From: Planctomycetota bacterium | Lineage (GTDB): Bacteria > Planctomycetota > MHYJ01 > WSZJ01 | Direction of reading: 5' to 3' | DNA length: 64,000 bases | Assembly: GCA_009773755.1 (NCBI GenBank) | Contig: WSZJ01000007.1 | Span: forward strand, 3,493 to 67,492 | Shown: piece after piece, positions 9,137 through 16,805 of the stretch | How positions within the stretch are numbered: the first letter of the stretch is position 1 | How the letters are laid out: every line of letters begins with the position of its first letter | Program-made: the position numbers and the translations under genes | The notes under the pieces: generated by a model | Told to the model about the DNA's origin: nothing | The model's input: the letters and a program-made list of their open reading frames with translations, nothing else | Databases searched by the model: none

Positions 9137-9499
9137 CTAGATCAGCAGCGATGCGTGAAGGGTGGCCAGCGGGCGGCCCGGCGGCGCGCGTCCGCCGGTG
9201 ACGGAAGCGGGCGGCGGAAGGGCGGGTAGCGAAGGGAACCCGGCGGGCGCGATGCCGGCGGCTGGCTGGGCGACTGGCGCGGGATCGTCCACGATCGCGA
9301 GGGTGATGCCGTCGACGCAGCAGCAGGCCGTCGGGGCCGGCGCCTTCGGTTCGGTCGGCAGGCGCTTCCCGCAGCAGGAATGCGCCGGCTTCGGCTCGCG
9401 CGGCGCGGGGACTGACATCGACGCCCGGCACGCCGTGGCGGCGAAATTCCCGGCGATGAACGCCGTGGTGGCCAGCAGTGCCGTCAATCCCCGCTTCAT
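9137..9499 (-). CDS. small secreted Cys-cluster protein, unknown function
   Basis: Signal-peptide-like N-terminus MKRGLTALLATTAFIAGNFAA. Cys clusters HSCCGK and ACCCVDG, then a Pro/Ala-rich C-terminus. ATGA overlap with the glycerate kinase stop. No family recognised. Confidence 0.4.
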   Translation of the reverse strand: MKRGLTALLATTAFIAGNFAATACRASMSVPAPREPKPAHSCCGKRLPTEPKAPAPTACCCVDGITLAIVDDPAPVAQPAAGIAPAGFPSLPALPPPASVTGGRAPPGRPLATLHASLLI

Positions 9500-10476
9500 C
9501 TCTTCACCTTACCGGACCCCGGTCCGCTTCTCAATCGCGAATGCGTTTCCCGGAATGCCGCTTCTTCCAACAGCCGCGCCGGGTCCCGCATTCCCGCGCG
9601 TGCGGATCGGGCGATTGCGACGACCCCCTGCGCCCTTTCCCGGACGGAGCCGCAGAGGGCGACGCAGGGAACGCCCGCCCTGCGCGCCCGGCGCATGACC
9701 TCGCCGGGCGCCTTGCCCTCCCGCGTCGTCGCGTCCCATTTCCCCTCCCCGGTGAGCACAAAGTCGCATTGACGCAGTGCGTCATCGAAGCGGAGCGCGT
9801 CGAGCACGAAGGCCGCGCCGGGCCGGAGTTCAGCGCCCAGGAGCGCGAGCGCCCAGCCGATCCCGCCCGCCGCCCCCGAGCCGGGGAGACGGGCCGCGCG
9901 GCGGCCTCCCGGGATCCGGACGATCCCGCGGAAGTATTTCTCCAGGTCCCTTACGTCCGCCGGCGTGGCTCCCTTTTGCGGGCCGAAGCGTCTCGGGGCA
10001 TCCATGAAGCGGGTTGAGACGTCGCAGGCGGCGACCATGCGGGGCCGCTTGGCCAGCTCCGAAAGGCCCGCGAGAAGCCCCGCTCCCGCGTCAATTGACG
10101 CCGAGCCCCCGAGCGCGACCACGATTCGTCCCGCGCCGCGCTCCGCCGCGTGCCGGATCATTTCGGCGACGCCCACGGATGTGGCGATTGCCGGCTCACG
10201 GCGCCCGGTCCGCGCCAGGCCGACTTGCGCAACTTCCACAATCGCCTCGCGTCCTTTCCTCCGGTATTCCACCCGCAACCGTTCGCCATAAGGGCCCGTC
10301 GCCGTCATCTGCACTGGCCGCCCGCCAAGCACCGCAGCGGTTCCGTCGCCGCCGTCGGCAACCGGCAGAAGCACCGGCCTGCCCCCGGCGCGCTTCACGC
10401 CGCGCGCCATCGCCTTCGCGGCCTCAAGCGCCGTCAGCGTCCCCTTGTAGGCATTCGGCGAGCACAGCACCTTCAT
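9496..10476 (-). CDS. glycerate kinase family protein
   Basis: Family blocks are present: APNAYKGTLTA, VADGGDGT, ALGGSASIDAGAG, FGPQKGAT, GSGAAGGIG, LTGEGKWD. Confidence 0.8.
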   Translation of the reverse strand: MKVLCSPNAYKGTLTALEAAKAMARGVKRAGGRPVLLPVADGGDGTAAVLGGRPVQMTATGPYGERLRVEYRRKGREAIVEVAQVGLARTGRREPAIATSVGVAEMIRHAAERGAGRIVVALGGSASIDAGAGLLAGLSELAKRPRMVAACDVSTRFMDAPRRFGPQKGATPADVRDLEKYFRGIVRIPGGRRAARLPGSGAAGGIGWALALLGAELRPGAAFVLDALRFDDALRQCDFVLTGEGKWDATTREGKAPGEVMRRARRAGVPCVALCGSVRERAQGVVAIARSARAGMRDPARLLEEAAFRETHSRLRSGPGSGKVKR

Positions 10477-10530
10477 GGATTCACCTCGGGAAAGTTGTTG
10501 GTGGAGCTCGGCCGTTGATTCTGGAGAGGA

Positions 10531-10617
10531 AGTCTGTAGTGGGTAGTCGGTAGTTGGTAGGTACTCCTCCCGCGCCGCTGGTCGTTCCTGCCAACTACCG
10601 ACTACCCACTACAGACT
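10531..10617. repeat. perfect 27-bp inverted repeat built from GTAGTNG heptamers
   Basis: agtctgtagtgggtagtcggtagttgg (10531-10557) is the exact reverse complement of ccaactaccgactacccactacagact (10591-10617), with a 33-nt spacer. It sits in the divergent region between the glycerate kinase and HDAC genes. Confidence 0.85.
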
Positions 10618-10660
10618 GCCTCTCCCTCGTTATCCACCACTCTCACAGTTACCACCTCCA

Positions 10661-11626
10661 TTGTCCGACAATCCCCCGATCATGTCGCGCGCCCCATCGC
10701 GATACACTTCCCACGTGATTCTCTTCTCGCACACCGCCTGCAACGCTCACCGGGCCCCTCTGGGCCACCCCGAATGCCCGGAGCGGCTCGATTCGATCGT
10801 AAAGGCGATCGGAATCGCGCGAGCAGGATGGAAATGGACCGAGCCGCGGCCGGCGACGCGGGAAGAGCTCCTTCCGATCCACACCGCGGGGCATGTGGAG
10901 CGAGTATCCGCCGCGCAGGAGTACGCGCCGACTCAGCTCGATCCGGACACGTACCTCTCGGACGGGTCGGTCCGCGCCGCCCTCCTCGCCGCCGGCGCCG
11001 CGCGCGACGCCGCGCGATCGGCCATGGCCGGCAAACCCGCCGCAGCAATTGTCCGTCCCCCCGGCCACCACGCCACCCGCGACCGCGCCATGGGCTTCTG
11101 CCTCTTCAATAATGTCGCGTTGGCGGCGAAGCAGGCGAAGCGCGTGCTGATCGTCGACTGGGACGTGCACCACGGGAACGGGACGCAGGACATTTTTTAC
11201 GAGGACCCGGACGTGCTGTATTTCTCCACGCACCGCTGGCCGTTCTACCCCGGGACCGGCTCGAGGGCCGAGACGGGAAGCGGCCGCGGCCTGGGATTCA
11301 CGATCAACCGACCGTTTCCATGGAATACCGGCGCGGCGACGTTCAAGGCGGAGTTCGCCGCGGTCATCGACGGACCGTGCCGGAAATTCGACCCCGAACT
11401 CGTGCTGATTTCCGCCGGATTCGACGCGTGGAAGAACGACCCGATCGGCGGGCTCAATCTCGAGGTCGCGGATTTCGCGGAATTGACGGAAATCGTGAAG
11501 GGGCTGAAGCGCCCGATCGCAAGCGTGCTCGAAGGCGGGTACGATCTGGAGGCGTTGCCGAAATGCGTGATGGCTCACCTTGAAGCGCTGGCGAGTGGTG
11601 AGCCACGAAAGGCCGCGATCCCGTAA
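10661..11626 (+). CDS. histone deacetylase-family (HDAC/AcuC/Aph-like) deacetylase
   Basis: HPECPERL, RPPGHHA, GFCLFNNVALAA, DWDVHHGNGTQ and SAGFDAW blocks are present. The start could be the internal Met (MSRAPS). Confidence 0.85.
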   Translation: MSDNPPIMSRAPSRYTSHVILFSHTACNAHRAPLGHPECPERLDSIVKAIGIARAGWKWTEPRPATREELLPIHTAGHVERVSAAQEYAPTQLDPDTYLSDGSVRAALLAAGAARDAARSAMAGKPAAAIVRPPGHHATRDRAMGFCLFNNVALAAKQAKRVLIVDWDVHHGNGTQDIFYEDPDVLYFSTHRWPFYPGTGSRAETGSGRGLGFTINRPFPWNTGAATFKAEFAAVIDGPCRKFDPELVLISAGFDAWKNDPIGGLNLEVADFAELTEIVKGLKRPIASVLEGGYDLEALPKCVMAHLEALASGEPRKAAIP

Positions 11627-11641
11627 AAAGGAGTGACCTCG

Positions 11642-12940
11642 ATGAATTCTTCCCGCGTCTTTGCTGTCGTGTCCGCGGCCGTGCTTCTCTCGATGGCGCT
11701 CTCGCCCACGAACGCCGGCGACCCCGCCTCCGAGAAGAAGGACAAGGTCAACGACGCGGTCGAGCTGGCCGCGGGATGGCTCTACGACGACCTCCCTGCG
11801 GCCCTTGCGCGCGCGAGGAAGGAGAACAAGCCGATATTCGCCGCGTTCCGGTGAGTGCCCTGAGCGTCGTGCAAGACGTTCGACGGGCAGGTGGCCCGTC
11901 TCGAGGGGGGAATCGGGGACCTGGCGAAGGATTTCGTCTGCGTGCGCGTCATCCAGATGCGCGGGATCGACACTTCCGTGTTCCAGTTCGACTACGACCT
12001 GACCTGGTGCGGGTTTTTCCTGAACGCCGACCTGACGGTCTACGGCCGCTACGGCTCGCGCAACGCGGGGCGCGACAAGTCGGACCAGCTCATGTCCGTG
12101 GACGGGCTCAAGGCCGCCTTGACGAAAGCTCTCGCGCTTCACAAGAACTACCCCGCCAACAAAGCAACGCTCAAGGCCAAGACCGGCAAGCCGTACGCTC
12201 AGAAGCTTCCCGAGACGATGCCCGCGATCGCAGACCAGTTCAAACAGGACGACCTCCCCAAGAAATGCATTCACTGCCACCACGTCTGGCGAGGGATCCG
12301 GCGCACGATGATGAACGCGAAACAGGTCCTGCCGGACACGCTGATCTACCTGTATCCGTTTCCCGACAGCTTTGGAATGCAGATGGAAACTGCCGACGGC
12401 ACGAAAGTTCGCCAGGTCGTGAAGGACTCGATCGCGGACAAGGCCGGCGTAAAGGCGGGGGACGAGGTGGAAGCCGTGAGCGGGACGCCGATCGTGTCGC
12501 TGGCGGACATCCAGTTCATCCTGCAGAACTGTGCCGATAACGAGAATCTCAAGGTTGAAGTGGCGAGAGGCGGGGAAAAAAAGAGCCTGACCGCCAATCT
12601 CTGCGGCGACTGGCGCAAATCGACGGACTTCACGTGGCGCGACTCGTGCTACGACCTGCGCATCGGGTTCCAGAGTGAGGCGCTCACGGCGGACGAGCGG
12701 AAGCAGGCGGGGCTGAAGGACGGCGGGCTCAAGATCAAGCCGATGTACGCGCAGAGTCCGGCGAAGAAGGCCGGGTTCCAGGACGGCGACATTCTCCTGA
12801 GCGTAGGAGGGCAACCGATCCCGGCGACGGAGCGGGAATTCCTTGCGCTGCTGCGGCAGAAGTTCCTGGTAGGCCAGAAACTGAAGTTTGCCCTTCACAG
12901 GGGCGGCAAGAAAACCGACCTCACCATGGACCTGCCATGA
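11642..12940 (+). CDS. periplasmic thioredoxin-fold + 2x PDZ protein, putative selenoprotein with U-V-P-U motif (paralog A)
   Basis: AAGGAG RBS (11628-11633) and ATG at 11642, with a signal peptide. Track ORFs 11633..11854 and 11891..12940 are in the same frame, separated only by TGA (11852-11854) GTG CCC TGA (11861-11863). The TGAs fall where a thioredoxin-like fold has CxxC (..ENKPIFAAFR-U-VP-U-ASCK). Downstream lie a CIHCH motif and two PDZ-like segments (GVKAGDEVEAVSG, AGFQDGDILLSVGG). Confidence 0.7.
11882..11900 (+). promoter_or_regulatory. putative bacterial SECIS hairpin (paralog A)
   Basis: GACGGGC-AGGTG-GCCCGTC is a 7-bp perfect stem with a 5-nt loop containing GGU. The loop begins 25 nt after TGA-2 and 34 nt after TGA-1. 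It covaries with the paralog B hairpin. Confidence 0.6.
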
Positions 12941-13003
12941 CGTAAATAGCTTCTGAATAAGGAGTTGCGTCGAGTCAATGGCGATGTCTCGGCCAGCTCG
13001 CCC

Positions 13004-13038
13004 TCCTCGCAACTCGCAACACGCAACTCGCAACTCTT
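13004..13038. repeat. tandem heptamer (CTCGCAA)n tract
   Basis: The sequence cctcgcaa ctcgcaa cacgcaa ctcgcaa ctc lies between paralogs A and B. The same repeat occurs at 30681-30715 and 52846-52880. Confidence 0.8.
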
Positions 13039-13096
13039 CTCTGTAACGCCCGCGCCCCTTCGCCGTCCTTCTCGCAAACCCACTGCAGACGGCCAC

Positions 13097-14392
13097 ATGC
13101 AACGTTCACGCCTCTTCGCCTCAACCGCCCTCGCCGCCCTCCTCGCCACCTTTGCCGCTTCCCGCCTCCCCGCCGGCGACACGCCTGCTGAGAAGCGCGA
13201 CAAGATCAACGACAACACAGAGATCAATCCTTCGTGGATCTACGACGACCTGCCGTCCGCCATTGCGAAGGCCAGGCGCGAGAACAAGCCGATCTTCGCC
13301 GTGTTCCGGTGAGTGCCCTGAGTCAGCTGTAACAAGTTCGACGCGCAGGTGGCGCGTCTCGGCGACGGGCTCGACGAAATCGGGAAGGAATTCGTGCTCA
13401 CGCGGATCATCCAGATGCGCGGCGTCGACACGGCGGTCTTCAATTTCGACTTCGATCTGTCCTGGGCGGGGTTCTTTCTCAATGCCGACCTCACCGTCTA
13501 TGGGCGCTACGGGACGCGCCGGGACGGAGGCGACTCGCAGTACTCGACGAGCGCGCTCAAGGAAGCGATGACGAAGGCGCTCGCGATCCACAAGGCCTAC
13601 CCCGCGAACCGCCCGTCGCTGGCGCCGAAGAACATCAAGGCGTCGAACCTGGGAAAGATGCCCGAGCAGATGCCGGCGATCGAGGTCCAGTTCAGGAACC
13701 CGGACATCCCGCGCAACTGCATTCACTGCCACCACGTCTGGAAGGGCGTCCGGCGCTCCCGCATGGCGGACAAGAAGCCGATGCCCGACAACCTGCTCTG
13801 GGTCTACCCGATGCCGGACACGATCGGCGTCACGATCGACGTCGCGGACGGCGCGAAGATCGCCTCCGTCGCAGCCGGGACGCCCGCGGCGAAGGCCGGC
13901 GCGCAGGCCGGCGACGTCGTGCTTTCCATCAACGGCGCACCGATGTTCTCGATCGCGGATTTCCAGTTCGTGCTTCAGAACTCACCTGACCAGGCCACGC
14001 TCAAGGTGGAAGTCCAGCGGGGAACGGAAACGAAGGTTCTCTCGATCGCGATCTCGGGCGACTGGCGCAAGGCCGCCGACTTCACCTGGCGAACGTCCTG
14101 CGGCGACCTCCGCCTCGGCATGCAGATGGAGTCCCTGAACGACGGCGAGCGCAAGGCCGCCGGCTTGCGCGCGGGCGGAATCAAGGTCAAGAACGCGTGG
14201 CCGAAGGGTCCCGCCGGCATGGCCGGCTTCCAGGCCGGCGACGTGATCGTCGCGCTCAACGGCCAGCCCGTGCCGGACAAGGAAACCGATTTCCTCGCCT
14301 GGATACGCCAGAAATTCCTGCCCGGCCAGAAAATCAAGCTGACGGTCGTGCGCGGTGCAAAGAAGCAGGACATTTCCATGGACGTGCCGTAG
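13097..14392 (+). CDS. periplasmic thioredoxin-fold + 2x PDZ protein, putative selenoprotein with U-V-P-U motif (paralog B)
   Basis: Start at MQRSRLFASTALAALLATFAA (ATG 13097). Track ORFs 12965..13312 and 13349..14392 share a frame, split only by TGA (13310-13312) GTG CCC TGA (13319-13321). The sequence reads ..ENKPIFAVFR-U-VP-U-VSCN. It has the same CIHCH motif and PDZ-like segments as paralog A. Confidence 0.7.
13340..13358 (+). promoter_or_regulatory. putative bacterial SECIS hairpin (paralog B)
   Basis: GACGCGC-AGGTG-GCGCGTC has the same geometry and loop as the paralog A hairpin. The fifth stem pair is C-G instead of G-C. Confidence 0.6.
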
Positions 14393-14456
14393 GTGCAAGC
14401 GCACTGAGCGAACACAGGCAAGTTCCTTCCGGCCTGGTCTCCGCCGAATCCGCGCA

Positions 14457-14520
14457 CCCTTCGACTCGCTCTGCCTTCGACTCGCTTCGCTCGCTCAGGC
14501 CAGGACGGGCTCGCTCAGGG
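14457..14520. repeat. REP-like element copies (CCCTTCGACTCGCTYCGCTCGCTCAGG family)
   Basis: The sequence cccttcgactcgctctgccttcgactcgcttcgctcgctcagg..gctcgctcaggg has related copies at 16806-16865, 16997-17020, 28397-28426 and 50064-50093. Confidence 0.75.
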
Positions 14521-14521
14521 T

Positions 14522-14574
14522 AAGCCGGGCCGTGAAAAGCAAATGTATCAGCAGGCAGTTTCTCGGCCCGGCTT
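14522..14574. terminator. 11-bp inverted repeat between convergent genes (possible bidirectional terminator)
   Basis: aagccgggccg (14522-14532) pairs with cggcccggctt (14564-14574) around a 31-nt loop. There is no clear U-tract and the right arm overlaps the pdxA stop. Confidence 0.3.
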
Positions 14575-15472
14575 AGAAGAGGCTGGACGCCGCCTTTCGG
14601 CGCACGATGCGGTCCGCCAGCCTGACCGCCTCAATCATTGAAGTGGCATCCGCCTTCCCCCTGCCCGCGATGTCGAAGGCTGTTCCGTGATCCGGACTGG
14701 TGCGCACGAACGGCAACCCGAGCGTCAGATTCACGGCCGTTTTCCACGCCAGCGCTTTCACCGCGACCAGCCCCTGGTCGTGATACATCGCGACGGCGCC
14801 GTCGAAGTCGCGTTTTGCGAAGAGCGAATCGGCGGGATGCGGCCCGGTTGCGTCGATGTTTTTTTTGCGCGCGTCTTCGATCGCCGGGCCGATCACCTTG
14901 ATTTCCTCCTTGCCGAACAGGCCGTTCTCGCCCGCATGCGGATTGAGCCCGCAGACGGCAATGTGCGGCCGCGCTTTCCCGAACCACTCGCGAAGCGCGG
15001 CCTCGGTTCTCTCGATCGCCGTCAGCACCGCTTCGCGCGTCACCGCCAGCGGGACGCGCTTAAGCGCCACATGAATCGTCGCCAGGCTGACGAAGAGATC
15101 GCCCGCCGAGAAGGCCATCACCGGCCGCCGGACCGCGCAGACCTTTGCAAAGAACTCCGTGTGCCCGGGGAAGGGCTCGCCGGCAAGTTTGAGCGCCTCT
15201 TTCGAGATCGGCGCCGTCACGACGGCGTCCGCTTCGCCGCCCAGGCAGAGTTCCGCCGCCTTGCGCAACGCCGCCATTGCCGCCGCCCCGCCCTCCGCGC
15301 ATGGCCCTCGGCGCTTCGGCAACGCCTCGCAGGCTGTCTCGATGTCGGCGCCCAGGGCACCCGGCCCGATCGTCTTCGCGTGGGGAAACGCCGTTTTCGC
15401 GGCGGCGGCGATCTCCGGGCCGATGCCGAGGGGATCGCCGAGGGTAATCAGGAGGCGGGGGGCTTTGGGCAT
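14573..15472 (-). CDS. pdxA: 4-hydroxythreonine-4-phosphate dehydrogenase
   Basis: Start at MPKAPRLLITLGDPLGIGPEI (ATG is rc of 15470-15472). PdxA blocks are present: GHTEF, GLNPHAGENG, MYHDQGL, TSPDHGTAFDIAG. The upstream part of the track ORF (KRKTKNKKRK) is translation of the AAAAACG repeat. Confidence 0.88.
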   Translation of the reverse strand: MPKAPRLLITLGDPLGIGPEIAAAAKTAFPHAKTIGPGALGADIETACEALPKRRGPCAEGGAAAMAALRKAAELCLGGEADAVVTAPISKEALKLAGEPFPGHTEFFAKVCAVRRPVMAFSAGDLFVSLATIHVALKRVPLAVTREAVLTAIERTEAALREWFGKARPHIAVCGLNPHAGENGLFGKEEIKVIGPAIEDARKKNIDATGPHPADSLFAKRDFDGAVAMYHDQGLVAVKALAWKTAVNLTLGLPFVRTSPDHGTAFDIAGRGKADATSMIEAVRLADRIVRRKAASSLF

Positions 15473-15483
15473 GGGAAAAAGGG

Positions 15484-15597
15484 CAACAACGAAAAGAAAA
15501 ACGAAAAACGAAAAACAAAAAACGAAAAGTGACTGGCCCGGTCCACGCCTGCGTTTTCGTTTTTTGTTTTTCGTTTTTCGTTTTTCGTTTCGTTGCC
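15484..15597. repeat. long A/T-rich inverted repeat made of AAAAACG heptamers
   Basis: The left arm caacgaaaagaaaaacgaaaaacgaaaaacaaaaaacgaaaag is mirrored by cgttttcgttttttgtttttcgtttttcgtttttcgtttcgttg, around a GC-rich ~22-nt centre. It lies between the FHA gene stop and the pdxA start. Confidence 0.85.
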
Positions 15598-15605
15598 TTT
15601 CTGCC

Positions 15606-15974
15606 CTAGGCGACAAATTCCATCCTGAACGTCTCCCGGCGACCCAGCCTCAACTCGCACGGCTTCCCCGGCAGATCCGTGATCGTCATCTTCTCGACCT
15701 TCTTCCCGTCGAGAAACGTCCCGTTCGAGCTCAGATCCTCAATTTCAATCCCGTCCGTCTTGATAAACCGGATCCGCACGTGCTTGCGCGAAACCGTCAG
15801 CAGCCCTTCGTCCTTGTCCCGCTGCTCGGGCTCCATCAGCGAATACGCCCGGCACGACTTCAGCGATATCTCGCAGGAGCGGCTCCGCCCGAGCACGACG
15901 TCCTGCCCCGCCTCGATCGGGAAGGATTCATCCTTCACGATGCCGGAAAGTCCCTTCAGCATGATCCGGGGCAT
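15606..15974 (-). CDS. FHA-domain protein
   Basis: 122 aa with the FHA pattern: GRSRSCEISL, VSRKHVRI, DLSSNGTFLDGKKV. Confidence 0.75.
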   Translation of the reverse strand: MPRIMLKGLSGIVKDESFPIEAGQDVVLGRSRSCEISLKSCRAYSLMEPEQRDKDEGLLTVSRKHVRIRFIKTDGIEIEDLSSNGTFLDGKKVEKMTITDLPGKPCELRLGRRETFRMEFVA

Positions 15975-15977
15975 CCG

Positions 15978-16715
15978 TTACTCCGTAAATCCCGCGGGCA
16001 GGTCAAAATTGGAAGCGACCTCGTTGACGTCGTCGTGCTCCTCGAGCGCTTCCATGAGATTCAACGCCTTGCGCGCTTTTTCGGCATCCAGCGGAATGCG
16101 GTCCTTGGCGATGCGCGGCACGGCTGCGGAGGTCGGCTCGATCTTCCTCGCTTTCAGCGCGTTGACCACCGAACCGAAATCGCCGGCGGCGCAGGTCACT
16201 TCGTAGCCGTCGTCGATAGGCTGCACGTCCTCCGCGCCGATTTCGAGCCCGAGCTCCATCGCCTTGTCGTCGTCCAGCGTCCCCTTGGGAATCAGCAGGA
16301 TCCCCTTCTTCTCGAACATGAACGAGACGCAGTTCCGGTCGCCCATTTTTCCGCCCTTGGACTCGAAGATCTTGCGGATCTCCGAAACCGTGCGGTTCAG
16401 GTTGTCCGTCAGCGCGTCGGCCATGACGGCGATCCCGCCGGGGCCGTACCCCTCGTAGGTCACCTCTTCGTAGCTCACGCCTTCCAGCTCCCCCGTCCCC
16501 TTCTTGATCGCTTTCTCAACCGTATCCTTCGGCAGGTTGCAGGCGCGCCCTTCCTCCAGCGCGTACGCCAGCTTCAGGTTCGTCTTGGGGTCACCGCCGC
16601 CTCGTTTCGCGGCCGCCATGATCAGCTTCACGACCTTCGAAAACGCCTTGCCCTTCTTCGCGTCGGCGGCGGCCTTCTTGTGCTTGATCGTCGCCCAGTG
16701 GCTATGGCCGGACAT
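15978..16715 (-). CDS. yebC: YebC/PmpR-family DNA-binding transcriptional regulator
   Basis: MSGHSHWATIKHKKAAADAKKGKAFSK..GGDPKTNLKL is the canonical YebC N-terminus, and the protein is full length at 245 aa. Confidence 0.9.
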   Translation of the reverse strand: MSGHSHWATIKHKKAAADAKKGKAFSKVVKLIMAAAKRGGGDPKTNLKLAYALEEGRACNLPKDTVEKAIKKGTGELEGVSYEEVTYEGYGPGGIAVMADALTDNLNRTVSEIRKIFESKGGKMGDRNCVSFMFEKKGILLIPKGTLDDDKAMELGLEIGAEDVQPIDDGYEVTCAAGDFGSVVNALKARKIEPTSAAVPRIAKDRIPLDAEKARKALNLMEALEEHDDVNEVASNFDLPAGFTE

Positions 16716-16805
16716 AAAGTCCTCCTCTGTGGCTCAACCTTCACGTTTTTCGTGTCGTGCGCAGATCTTCATCTGATCAACCTTACGGCGGCATGTCCTT
16801 GCCCT

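Noticed and set aside
11859-11891. Alternative larger hairpin in paralog A (CCTG-AG-CGTCG ... CGACG-GG-CAGG) as the SECIS
   Set aside because: The inner stem is not conserved in paralog B: TCAGC versus CGACG gives one wobble and four mismatches. It also competes with the covarying 7-bp hairpin.
10649-13102. 817-aa ORF on the minus strand spanning the HDAC gene and selenoprotein paralog A
   Set aside because: It is antisense to two genes with clear family motifs. Its composition is Arg/Val/Leu/Pro-rich low complexity, typical of shadow ORFs in high-GC DNA, and it has no recognisable domain.
11852-13321. TGA reassignment (genetic code 4/25) as the explanation for the in-frame TGAs
   Set aside because: Many well-supported genes in the window terminate at TGA, including murC, ftsI, ftsW, and the YHS and HMBD lipoproteins. 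TGA is therefore a normal stop here. Only the four TGAs at the CxxC positions need another reading.
15473-15616. N-terminal extension of pdxA (MSPRAERQRNEKRKTKNKKRKRRR...)
   Set aside because: It is a translation of the AAAAACG heptamer palindrome. The PdxA homology and a plausible start begin at 15472.
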